A stretch of DNA of 64,000 nt, from the NCBI GenBank assembly GCA_964016885.1, contig OZ024750.1:39060001-39124000 (forward strand), given 5' to 3'. Both the position numbers and the translations under genes were made by a program. Positions within the stretch are counted from its first letter, which is position 1, and every line of letters starts with the position of its first letter. This DNA is from Eledone cirrhosa. Its lineage: Eukaryota. The notes under the pieces were generated by a model. The model ran no database searches and was not told the origin of the DNA. It saw only the letters and a list, made by a program, of their open reading frames with translations. Below, piece by piece: positions 12,717 to 25,400 of the stretch.

Positions 12717-13737
12717 CCTAGGTACCTCTACAGTGACAGGTTCTTGTTAACTATTACCTGGGTACCTCTACGGTGACAGTGCTTCTTGTTAACTATTACC
12801 TGGGTACCTCTACAGTGACAGGTTCTTGTTAACTATTACCGGGTACCTCTACGGTGACAGTGCTTCTTGTTAACTATTACCTGGGTACCTCTACAGTGAC
12901 AGGTTCTTGTTAACTATTACCTGGGTACCTCTACGATGACAGTGCTTCTTGTTAACTATTACCTGGGTACCTCTACAGTGACAGGTTCTTGTTAACTATT
13001 ACCTGGGTACCTCTACGGTGACAGTGCTTCTTGTTAACTATTACCTGGGTACCTCTACAGTGACAGGTTCTTGTTAACTATTACCTGGGTACCTCTACGG
13101 TGACAGTGCTTCTTGTTAACTATTACCTGGGTACCTCTACAGTGACAGGTTCTTGTTAACTATTACCTGGGTACCTCTACGGTGACAGTGCTTCTTGTTA
13201 ACTATTACCTGGGTACCTCTACAGTGACAGGTTCTTCTTAACTATTACCTGGGTACCTCTACGGTGACAATGCTTCTTGTTAACTATTACCTGGGTACCT
13301 CTACAGTGACAGGTTCTTGTTAACTATTACCTGGGTACCTCTACGGTGACAGTGCTTCTTGTTAACTATTACCTGGGTACCTCTACAGTGACAGGTTCTT
13401 GTTAACTATTACCTGGGTACCTCTACGGTGACAGTGCTTCTTGTTAACTATTACCTGGGTACCTCTACAGTGACAGGTTCTTGTTAACTATTACCTGGGT
13501 ACCTCTACGGTGACAGTGCTTCTTGTTAACTATTACCTGGGTACCTCTACAGTGACAGGTTCTTGTTAACTATTACCTGGGTACCTCTACGGTGACAGTG
13601 GTTCTTGTTAACTATTACCTGGGTACCTCTACAGTGACAGGTTCTTGTTAACTACTACCTGGGTACCTCTACGGCGACAGTGCTTCTTGTTAACTATTAC
13701 CTGGGTACCTCTACAGTGACAGGTTCTTGTTAACTAT
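12717..13737. repeat. Second copy of the 82-bp dimer sub-array
   Basis: Same alternation and the same rare markers (ACAATGC, ACTACTACC, ACGGCGAC) as 7580-8600, offset by 5137. Confidence 0.93.
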
Positions 13738-16410
13738 TACCTGGGTACCTCTACGGTGACAGTGCTTCTTGTTAACTATTACCTGGGTACCTCTACGGTG
13801 ACAGTGGTTCTTGTTAACTATTACCTGGTTACCTCTACGGTGACAGTGCTTCTTGTTAACTATGACCTGGGTACCTCTACGGTGACAGTGGTTCTTGTTA
13901 ACTATTACCTGGGTACCTCTACGGTGACAGTGGTTCTTGTTAACTATTAACTGGGTACCTCTACGGTGACAGTGGTTCTTGTTAACTATTACCTGGGTAC
14001 CTCTACGGTGACAGTGGTTCTTGTTAACTATTACCTGGGTACCTCTACGGTGACAGTGCTTCTTGTTAACTATTACCTGGGTACCTCTACAGTGACAGGT
14101 TCTTGTTAACTATTACCTGGGTACCTCTACGGTGACAGTGCTTCTTGTTAACTATTACCTGGGTACCTCTACGACGACTGCTTCTTGTTAACTATTACCT
14201 GGGTACCTCTACGATGACAGTGCTTCTTGTTAACTATTACCTGGGTACCTCTACGGTGACAGTGCTTGTTAACTATTACCTGGGTACCTCTACAGTGACT
14301 GGTTCTTGTTAACTATGACCTGGGTACCTCTACGGTGACAGTGCTTCTTGTTAACTATTACCTGGGTACCTCTACGGTGACAGTGCTTCTTGTTAACTAT
14401 TACCTGGGTACCTCTACGGTGACAGTGCTTCTTGTTAACTATTACCTGGGTACCTCTACGATGACTGCTTCTTGTTAACTATTACCTGGGTACCTCTACG
14501 ATGACAGTGCTTCTTGTTAACTATTATCTGGGTACCTCTACGGTGACAGTGGTTCTTGTTAACTATTACCTGGGTACCTCTACGGTGACAGTGCTTCTTG
14601 TTAATTATTACCTGGGTACCTCTACGGTGACAGTGGTTCTTGTTAACTATTACCTGGGTACCTCTACGGTGACAGTGGTTCTTGTTAACTATTACCTGGG
14701 TACCTCTACGCTGACAGTGCTTCTTGTTAACTATTACCTGGGTACCTCTACGGTGACAGTGCTTCTTTTTAACTATTACCTGGGTACCTCTACGGTGACA
14801 GTGCTTCTTGTTAACTATTACCTGGGTACCTCTACGGTGACAGTGGTTCTTGTTAACTATTACCTGGGTACCTCTACGGAGACAGTGGTTCTTGTTAACT
14901 ATTACCTGGGTACCTCTACAGTGACAGGTTCTTGTTAACTATTACCTGGGTACCTCTACGGTGACAGTGCTTCTTGTTAACTATTACCTGGGTACCTCTA
15001 CAGTGACAGGTTCTTGTTAACTATTACCTGGGTACCTCTACGGTGACAGTGCTTCTTGTTAACTATTACCTGGGTACCTCTACAGTGACAGGTTCTTGTT
15101 AACTACTACCTGGGTACCTCTACGGCGACAGTGCTTCTTGTTAACTATTACCTGGGTACCTCTACAGTGACAGGTTCTTGTTAACTATTACCTGGGTACC
15201 TCTACGGTGACAGTGCTTCTTGTTAACTATTACCTGGGTACCTCTACGGTGACAGTGGTTCTTGTTAACTATTACCTGGGTACCTCTACGGTGACAGTGG
15301 TTCTTGTTAACTATTACCTGGTTACCTCTACGGTGACAGTGCTTCTTGTTAACTATGACCTGGGTACCTCTACGGTGACAGTGGTTCTTGTTAACTATTA
15401 CCTGGGTACCTCTACGGTGACAGTGGTTCTTGTTAACTATTAACTGGGTACCTCTACGGTGACAGTGGTTCTTGTTAACTATTACCTGGGTACCTCTACG
15501 GTGACAGTGGTTCTTGTTAACTATTACCTGGGTACCTCTACGGTGACAGTGCTTCTTGTTAACTATTACCTGGGTACCTCTACAGTGACAGGTTCTTGTT
15601 AACTATTACCTGGGTACCTCTACGGTGACAGTGCTTCTTGTTAACTATTACCTGGGTACCTCTACGACGACTGCTTCTTGTTAACTATTACCTGGGTACC
15701 TCTACGATGACAGTGCTTCTTGTTAACTATTACCTGGGTACCTCTACGGTGACAGTGCTTGTTAACTATTACCTGGGTACCTCTACAGTGACTGGTTCTT
15801 GTTAACTATGACCTGGGTACCTCTACGGTGACAGTGCTTCTTGTTAACTATTACCTGGGTACCTCTACGGTGACAGTGCTTCTTGTTAACTATTACCTGG
15901 GTACCTCTACGGTGACAGTGCTTCTTGTTAACTATTACCTGGGTACCTCTACGATGACTGCTTCTTGTTAACTATTACCTGGGTACCTCTACGATGACAG
16001 TGCTTCTTGTTAACTATTATCTGGGTACCTCTACGGTGACAGTGGTTCTTGTTAACTATTACCTGGGTACCTCTACGGTGACAGTGCTTCTTGTTAATTA
16101 TTACCTGGGTACCTCTACGGTGACAGTGGTTCTTGTTAACTATTACCTGGGTACCTCTACGGTGACAGTGGTTCTTGTTAACTATTACCTGGGTACCTCT
16201 ACGCTGACAGTGCTTCTTGTTAACTATTACCTGGGTACCTCTACGGTGACAGTGCTTCTTTTTAACTATTACCTGGGTACCTCTACGGTGACAGTGCTTC
16301 TTGTTAACTATTACCTGGGTACCTCTACGGTGACAGTGGTTCTTGTTAACTATTACCTGGGTACCTCTACGGAGACAGTGGTTCTTGTTAACTATTACCT
16401 GGGTACCTCT
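13450..16410. repeat. Tandem block duplication, period 1493 bp (1451 bp in the left part, one unit difference)
   Basis: ACGACGACTG at 14171/15664, the 3-bp deletion AGTGCTTGTT at about 14261/15754, GGAGACAG at 14878/16371, and ORFs 14501/15994. ACTACTACC at 13651/15102 is offset by 1451. Confidence 0.9.
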
Positions 16411-16673
16411 ACGATGACTGCTTCTTGTTAACTATTACCTGGGTACCTCTACGATGACTGCTTCTTGTTAACTATCACCTGGGTACCTCTACGGTGACAG
16501 TGGTTCTTGTTAACTATTACCTGGGTACCTCTACGGTGACAGTGCTTCTTGTTAACTATTACCTGGGTACCTCTACGATGACTGCTTCTTGTTAACTATT
16601 ACCTGGGTACCTCTACAGTGACAGTGCTTCTTGTTAACTATTACCTGGGTACCTCTACGATGACTGCTTCTTG

Positions 16674-16688
16674 CTACCTTTAACCCTT
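16674..16688 (+). other. Non-monomer insertion, short form (CTACCTTTAACCCTT joined directly to CTATTACC; the GTTAA is missing)
   Basis: Sequence reads CTTCTTG-CTACCTTTAACCCTT-CTATTACC. Confidence 0.95.
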
Positions 16689-18097
16689 CTATTACCTGGG
16701 TACCTCTACGGTGACAGTGGTTCTTGTTAACTATTACCTGGGTACCTCTACGGTGACAGTGGTTCTTGTTAACTATTACCTGGGTACCTCTACGATGACT
16801 GCTTCTTGTTAACTATTACCTCGGTACCTCTACAGTGAGAGTGCTTCTTGTTAACTATTACCTGGGTACCTCTACGGTGACAGTGGTTCTTGTTAACTAT
16901 TACCTGGGTACCTCTACGGTGACAGTGGTTCTTGTTAACTATTACCTGGGTACCTCTACGATGACTGCTTCTTGTTAACTATTACCTGGGTACCTCTACA
17001 GTGAGAGTGGTTCTTGTTAACTATTACCTGGTACCTTTACGGTGACAGTGCTTCTTGTTAACTATTACCTGGGTACCTCTACGGTGACAGTGGTTCTTGT
17101 TAACTATTACCTGGGTACCTCTACGGTGACAGTGGTTCTTGTTAACTATTACCTGGGTACCTCTACGCTGACAGTGCTTCTTGTTAACTATTACCTGGGT
17201 ACCTCTACGGTGACAGTGCTTCTTTTTAACTATTACCTGGGTACCTCTACGGTGACAGTGGTTCTTATTAACTATTACCTGGGTACCTCTACGATGACTG
17301 CTTCTTGTTAACTATTACCTGGGTACCTCTACGATGACTGCTTCTTGTTAACTATTACCTGGGTACCTCTACGGTGACAGTGGTTCTTGTTAACTATTAC
17401 CTGGGTACCTCTACGGTGACAGTGGTTCTTGTTAACTATTACCTGGGTACCTCTACGGTGACAGTGCTTCTTGTTAACTATTACCTGGGTACCTCTACGG
17501 TGACAGTGCTTCTTGTTAACTATTACCTGGGTACCTCTAAGGTGACAGTGCTTCTTGTTAACTATTACCTGGGTACCTCTACGGTGACAGTGCTTCTTGT
17601 TAACTATTACCTGGGTACCTCTCCGGTGACAGTGCTTCTTGTTAACTATTACCTGGGTACCTCTACGGTGACAGTGCTTCTTGTTAACTATTACCTGGGT
17701 ACCTCTACGGTGACAGCGCTTCTTGTTAACTATTACCTGGGTACCTCTACGGTGACAGTGCTTCTTGTTAACTATTACCTGGGTACCTCTACGGTGACAG
17801 TGGTTCTTGTTAACTATTACCTGGGTACCTCTACGATGACTGCTGCATGTTAACTATTACCTGGGTACCTCTACGGTGACAGTGGTTCTTGTTAACTATC
17901 ACCTGGGTACCTCTACGGTGACAGTGGTTCTTGTTAACTATTACCTGGGTACCTCTACGGTGACAGTGCTTCTTGTTAACTATTACCTGGGTACCTCTAC
18001 GATGACTGCTTCTTGTTAACTATTACCTGGGTACCTCAACAGTGACAGTGCTTCTTGTTAACTATTACCTGGGTACCTCTACGATGACTGCTTCTTG

Positions 18098-18113
18098 CTA
18101 CCTTTAACCCTTG
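18098..18113 (+). other. Non-monomer 16-bp insertion, long form: CTACCTTTAACC flanked by a CTTG direct repeat
   Basis: CTTG (18094-18097), CTACCTTTAACC (18098-18109), CTTG (18110-18113), then normal TTAACTATTACC. Confidence 0.95.
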
Positions 18114-19727
18114 TTAACTATTACCTGGGTACCTCTACGGTGACAGTGTTTCTTGTTAACTATTACCTGGGTACCTCTACGGTGACAGTGGTTCTTGTTA
18201 ACTATTACCTGGGTACCTCTACGATGACTGCTTCTTGTTAACTATTACCTGGGTACCTCTACAGTGAGAGTGCTTCTTGTTAACTATTACCTGGGTACCT
18301 CTACGGTGACAGTGGTTCTTGTTAACTATTACCTGGGTATCTCTACGGTGACAGTGGTTCTTGTTAACTATTACCTGAGTACCTCTACGATGACTGCTTC
18401 TTGTTAACTATTACCTGGGTACCTCTACAGTGAGAGTGGTTCTTGTTAACTATTACCTGGTACCTTTACGGTGACAGTGCTTCTTGTTAACTATTACCTG
18501 GGTACCTCTACGGTGACAGTGGTTCTTGTTAACTATTACCTGTGTACCTCTATGGTGACAGTGCTTCTTGTTAACTATTACCTGGGTACCTCTACGGTGA
18601 CAGTGGTTCTTGTTAACTATTACCTGGGTACCTCTACGATGACTGCTTCTTGTTAACTATTACCTGGGTACCTCTACGATGACTGCTTCTTGTTAACTAT
18701 TACCTGGGTACCTTTACGGTGACAGTGCTTCTTGTTAACTATTACCTGGGTACCTCTACGGTGACAGTGCTTCTTGTTAACTATTACCTGGGTACCTCTA
18801 CGGTGACAGTGCTTCTTGTTAACTATTACCTGGGTACCTCTACGGTGACAGTGCTTGTTAACTATTACCTGGGTACCTCTACAGTGACTGGTTCTTGTTA
18901 ACTATGACCTGGGTACCTCTACGGTGACAGTGCTTCTTGTTAACTATTACCTGGGTACCTCTACGGTGACAGTGCTTCTTGTTAACTATTACCTGGGTAC
19001 CTCTACGGTGACAGTGCTTCTTGTTAACTATTACCTGGGTACCTCTACGATGACGGCTTCTTGTTAACTATTACCTGGGTACCTCTACGATGACAGTGGT
19101 TCTTGTTAACTATTACCTGGGTACCTCTACGGTGACAGTGCTTCTTGTTAATTATTACCTGGGTACCTCTACGGTGACAGTGGTTCTTGTTAACTATTAC
19201 CTGGGTACCTCTACGGTGACAGTGGTTCTTGTTAACTATTACCTGGGTACCTCTACGCTGACAGTGCTTCTTGTTAACTATTACCTGGGTACCTCTACGG
19301 TGACAGTGCTTCTTTTTAACTATTACCTGGGTACCTCTACGGTGACAGTGCTTCTTGTTAACTATTACCTGGGTACCTCTACGGTGACAGTGGTTCTTGT
19401 TAACTATTACCTGGGTACCTCTACGGAGACAGTGGTTCTTGTTAACTATTACCTGGGTACCTCTACGATGACTGCTTCTTGTTAACTATTACCTGGGTAC
19501 CTCTACGATGACTGCTTCTTGTTAACTATCACCTGGGTACCTCTACGGTGACAGTGGTTCTTGTTAACTATTACCTGGGTACCTCTACGGTGACAGTGCT
19601 TCTTGTTAACTATTACCTGGTTACCTCTACGATGACTGCTTCTTGTTAACTATTACCTGGGTACCTCTACAGTGACAGTGCTTCTTGTTAACTATTACCT
19701 GGGTACCTCTACGATGACTGCTTCTTG

Positions 19728-19742
19728 CTACCTTTAACCCTT
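19728..19742 (+). other. Non-monomer insertion, short form, duplicate copy
   Basis: Identical to 16674-16688, offset by 3054. Confidence 0.95.
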
Positions 19743-21151
19743 CTATTACCTGGGTACCTCTACGGTGACAGTGGTTCTTGTTAACTATTACCTGGGTACC
19801 TCTACGGTGACAGTGGTTCTTGTTAACTATTACCTGGGTACCTCTACGATGACTGCTTCTTGTTAACTATTACCTCGGTACCTCTACAGTGAGAGTGCTT
19901 CTTGTTAACTATTACCTGGGTACCTCTACGGTGACAGTGGTTCTTGTTAACTATTACCTGGGTACCTCTACGGTGACAGTGGTTCTTGTTAACTATTACC
20001 TGGGTACCTCTACGATGACTGCTTCTTGTTAACTATTACCTGGGTACCTCTACAGTGAGAGTGGTTCTTGTTAACTATTACCTGGTACCTTTACGGTGAC
20101 AGTGCTTCTTGTTAACTATTACCTGGGTACCTCTACGGTGACAGTGGTTCTTGTTAACTATTACCTGGGTACCTCTACGGTGACAGTGGTTCTTGTTAAC
20201 TATTACCTGGGTACCTCTACGCTGACAGTGCTTCTTGTTAACTATTACCTGGGTACCTCTACGGTGACAGTGCTTCTTTTTAACTATTACCTGGGTACCT
20301 CTACGGTGACAGTGGTTCTTATTAACTATTACCTGGGTACCTCTACGATGACTGCTTCTTGTTAACTATTACCTGGGTACCTCTACGATGACTGCTTCTT
20401 GTTAACTATTACCTGGGTACCTCTACGGTGACAGTGGTTCTTGTTAACTATTACCTGGGTACCTCTACGGTGACAGTGGTTCTTGTTAACTATTACCTGG
20501 GTACCTCTACGGTGACAGTGCTTCTTGTTAACTATTACCTGGGTACCTCTACGGTGACAGTGCTTCTTGTTAACTATTACCTGGGTACCTCTAAGGTGAC
20601 AGTGCTTCTTGTTAACTATTACCTGGGTACCTCTACGGTGACAGTGCTTCTTGTTAACTATTACCTGGGTACCTCTCCGGTGACAGTGCTTCTTGTTAAC
20701 TATTACCTGGGTACCTCTACGGTGACAGTGCTTCTTTTTAACTATTACCTGGGTACCTCTACGGTGACAGTGCTTCTTGTTAACTATTACCTGGGTACCT
20801 CTACGGTGACAGCGCTTCTTGTTAACTATTACCTGGGTACCTCTACGGTGACAGTGGTTCTTGTTAACTATTACCTGGGTACCTCTACGATGACTGCTGC
20901 TTGTTAACTATTACCTGGGTACCTCTACGGTGACAGTGGTTCTTGTTAACTATCACCTGGGTACCTCTACGGTGACAGTGGTTCTTGTTAACTATTACCT
21001 GGGTACCTCTACGGTGACAGTGCTTCTTGTTAACTATTACCTGGGTACCTCTACGATGACTGCTTCTTGTTAACTATTACCTGGGTACCTCAACAGTGAC
21101 AGTGCTTCTTGTTAACTATTACCTGGGTACCTCTACGATGACTGCTTCTTG

Positions 21152-21167
21152 CTACCTTTAACCCTTG
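21152..21167 (+). other. Non-monomer insertion, long form, duplicate copy
   Basis: Identical to 18098-18113, offset by 3054. Confidence 0.95.
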
Positions 21168-22499
21168 TTAACTATTACCTGGGTACCTCTACGGTGACAG
21201 TGTTTCTTGTTAACTATTACCTGGGTACCTCTACGGTGACAGTGGTTCTTGTTAACTATTACCTGGGTACCTCTACGATGACTGCTTCTTGTTAACTATT
21301 ACCTGGGTACCTCTACAGTGAGAGTGCTTCTTGTTAACTATTACCTGGGTACCTCTACGGTGACAGTGGTTCTTGTTAACTATTACCTGGGTATCTCTAC
21401 GGTGACAGTGGTTCTTGTTAACTATTACCTGAGTACCTCTACGATGACTGCTTCTTGTTAACTATTACCTGGGTACCTCTACAGTGAGAGTGGTTCTTGT
21501 TAACTATTACCTGGTACCTTTACGGTGACAGTGCTTCTTGTTAACTATTACCTGGGTACCTCTACGGTGACAGTGGTTCTTGTTAACTATTACCTGTGTA
21601 CCTCTATGGTGACAGTGCTTCTTGTTAACTATTACCTGGGTACCTCTACGGTGACAGTGGTTCTTGTTAACTATTACCTGGGTACCTCTACGATGACTGC
21701 TTCTTGTTAACTATTACCTGGGTACCTCTACGATGACTGCTTCTTGTTAACTATTACCTGGGTACCTTTACGGTGACAGTGCTTCTTGTTAACTATTACC
21801 TGGGTACCTCTACGGTGACAGTGCTTCTTGTTAACTATTACCTGGGTACCTCTACGATGACTGCTTCTTGTTAACTATTACCTGGGTACCTCTACGATGA
21901 CTGCTTCTTGTTAACTATTACCTGGGTACCTTTACGGTGACAGTGCTTCTTGTTAACTATTACCTGGGTACCTCTACGGTGACAGTGCTTCTTGTTAACT
22001 ATTACCTGGGTACCTCTACGGTGACAGTGGTTCTTGTTAACTATTACCTGGGTACCTCTACGGTGACAGTGGTTCTTGTTAACTATTACCTGGGTAGATC
22101 TACGGTGACAGTGGTTCTTGTTAACTATTACCTGGGTACCTCTACGGTGACAGTGCTTCTTGTTAACTATTACCTGGGTACCTCTACGGTGACAGTGGTT
22201 CTTGTTAACTATTACCTGGGTACCTCTACGGTGACAGTGCTTCTTGTTAACTATTACCTGGGTACCTCTACGGTGACAGTGCTTCTTGTTAACTATCACC
22301 TGGGTACCTCTACGGTGACAGTGGTTCTTGTTAACTATTACCTGGGTACCTCTACGGTGACAGTGGTTCTTGTTAACTATCACCTGGGTACCTCTACGGT
22401 GACAGTGGTTCTTGTTAACTATTACCTGGGTACCTCTACGGTGACAGTGGTTCTTGTTAACTATTACCTGGGTACCTCTACGGTGACAGTGCTTCTTGT

Positions 22500-25400
22500 T
22501 AACTATTACCTGGGTACCTCTACGGTGACAGTGGTTCTTGTTAACTATTACCTGGGTACCTCTACGGTGACAGTGGTTCTTGTTAACTATGACCTGGGTA
22601 CCTCTACAGTGACAGTGCTTCTTGTTAACTATTACCTGGGTACCTCTACGGTGACAGTGGTTCTTGTTAACTATTACCTGGGTACCTCTACAATGACTGC
22701 TTCTTGTTAACTATTACCTGGGTACCTCTACGGTGACAGTGGTTCTTGTTAACTATCACCTGGGTACCTCTACGATGACAGTGGTTCTTGTTAACTATTA
22801 CCTGGGTACCTCTACGATGACTGCTTCTTGTTAACTATTACCTGGGTACCTCTACGGTGACAGTGGTTCTTGTTAACTATTACCTGGGTACCTCTGCGAT
22901 GACTGCTTCTTGTTAACTATTACCTGGATACCTCTACGGTGACAGTGCTTCTTGTTAACTATTACCTGGGTACCTCTACGGTGACAGTGCTTCTTGTTAA
23001 CTATTACCTGGGTACCTCTACGGTGACAGAGGTTCTTGTTAACTATCACCTGGGTACCTCTACGATGACAGTGCTTCTTGTTAACTATTACCTGGGTACC
23101 TCTACGATGACTGCTTCTTGTTAACTATTACCTGGGTACCTCTACGGTGACAGTGGTTCTTGTTAACTATTACCTGGGTACCTCTACGATGACTGCTTCT
23201 TGTTAACTATTACCTGGATACCTCTACGGTGACAGTGCTTCTTGTTAACTATTACCTGGGTAGCTCTACGGTGACAGTGCTTCTTGTTAACTATTACCTG
23301 GGTACCTCGACAGTGACAGTGGTTCTTGTTAACTATTACCTGGGTACCTCTACAGTGACAGTGGTTCTTGTTAACTATTACCTGGATACCTCTACAGTGA
23401 CAGTGGTTCTTGTTAACTATTACCTGGGTACCTCTACAGTGACAGTGGTTCTTGTTAACTATTACCTGGGTACCTCTACAGTGACAGTGGTTCTTGTTAA
23501 CTATTACCTGGGTACGTCTACGGTGACAGTGGTTCTTGTTAACTATTACCTGGGTACCTCTACGGTGACAGTGGTTCTTGTTAACTATTACCTGGGTACC
23601 TCTACGGTGACAGTGGTTCTTGTTAACTATTACCTGGGTACCTCTACGGTGACAGTGCTTCTTGTTAACTATTACCTGGGTACCTCTACGGTGACAGTGG
23701 CTCTTGTTAACTATTACCTGGGTACCTCTACGGTGACAGTGGTTCTTGTTAACTATTACCTGGGTACCTCTACGGTGACAGTGCTTCTTGTTAACTATTA
23801 CCTGGGTACCTCTAGAGTGACAGTGCTTCTTGTTAACTATTACCTGGGTACCTCTACAGTGACAGTGGTTCTTGTTAACTATTACCTGGGTACCTCTACG
23901 ATGACTGCTTCTTGTTAACTATTACCTGGGTACCTCTATGTTGACAGTGCTTCTTGTTAACTATTACCTGGGTACCTCTACGGTGACAGTGGTTCTTGTT
24001 AACTATTACCTGGGTACCTCTACATTGAGAGTGGTTCTTGTTAACTATTACCTGGTACCTTTACGGTGACAGTGCTTCTTGTTAACTATTACCTGGGTAC
24101 CTCTACGGTGACAGTGGTTCTTGTTAACTATTACCTGTGTACCTCTATGGTGACAGTGCTTCGTGTTAACTATTACCTGGGTACCTCTACGGTGACAGTG
24201 CTTCTTGTTAACTATTACCTGGGTACCTCTACGGTGACAGTGGTTCTTGTTAACTATTACCTGGGTACCTCTACGGTGACAGTGGTTCTTGTTAACTATT
24301 ACCTGTGTACCTCTACGGTGACAGTGCTTCTTGTTAACTATTACCTGGGTACCTCTACGGTGACAGTGGTTCTTGTTAACTATTACCTGGGTACCTCTAC
24401 GGTGACAGTGGTTCTTGTTAACTATTACCTGTGTACCTCTACGGTGACAGTGCTTCTTGTTAACTATTACCTGGGTACCTCTACGGTGACAGTGGTTCTT
24501 GTTAACTATTACCTGGGTACCTCTACGGTGACAGTGCTTCTTGTTAACTATTACCTGGGTACCTCTACGGTGACAGTGGTTCTTGTTAACTATTACCTGG
24601 GTATCTCTACGGTGACAGTGCTTCTTGTTAACTATTACCTGGGTACCTCTACGGTGACAGTGCTTCTTGTTAACTATTACCTGGGTACCTCTACGGTGAC
24701 AGTGGTTCTTGTTAACTATTACCTGGGTACCTCTACGGTGACAGTGGTTCTTGTTAACTATGACCTGGATACCTCTACAGTGACAGTGCTTCTTGTTAAC
24801 TATTACCTGGGTACCTCTACGGTGACAGTGGTTCTTGTTAACTATTACCTGGGTACCTCTACGATGACTGCTTCTTGTTAACTATTACCTGGGTACCTCT
24901 ACGGTGACAGTGGTTCTTGTTAACTATCACCTGGGTACCTCTACGATGACAGTGCTTCTTGTTAACTATTACCTGGGTACCTCTACGATGACTGCTTCTT
25001 GTTAACTATTACCTGGGTACCTCTACGGTGACAGTGGTTCATGTTAACTATTACCTGGGTACCTCTACGATGACTGCTTCTTGTTAACTATTACCTGGAT
25101 ACCTCTACGGTGACAGTGCTTCTTGTTAACTATTACCTGGGTACCTCTACGGTGACAGTGCTTCTTGTTAACTATTACCTGGGTACCTCTACGGTGACAG
25201 TGGTTCTTGTTAACTATCACCTGGGTACCTCTACGATGACAGTGCTTCTTGTTAACTATTACCTGGGTACCTCTACGATGACTGCTTCTTGTTAACTATT
25301 ACCTGGGTACCTCTACGGTGACAGTGGTTCTTGTTAACTATTACCTGGGTACCTCTACGATGACTGCTTCTTGTTAACTATTACCTGGATACCTCTACGG

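Larger units (their letters stand above)
3580..13827. repeat. Tandem block duplication, period 5137 bp (about 3580-8690 and 8717-13827)
   Basis: ORF pairs 4364/9501, 5414/10551, 6086/11223, 7344/12481 and 8619/13756 are all offset by 5137. The copies share rare markers (CTGCGT, GGTGGCAG, GGTAACAG, GGTTGCAG, and the 1-bp deletion ACCGGGTACC at about 7701/12838). Confidence 0.95.
15720..21850. repeat. Tandem block duplication, period 3054 bp, each copy holding an older duplication of about 1425 bp
   Basis: ORF pairs 17042/20096, 17374/20428 and 18471/21525. Insertion markers at 16674/19728 and 18098/21152. Internal spacing is 1424-1429 bp. Confidence 0.93.

Noticed and set aside
21892-22383. 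Minus-strand 163-aa His/Cys/Arg-rich ORF
   Set aside because: It is the antisense translation of the same repeat, started by a sporadic TATCAC variant and ended by a 40-bp unit. Its translation also disagrees slightly with my reading of the sequence. Not supportable as a gene.
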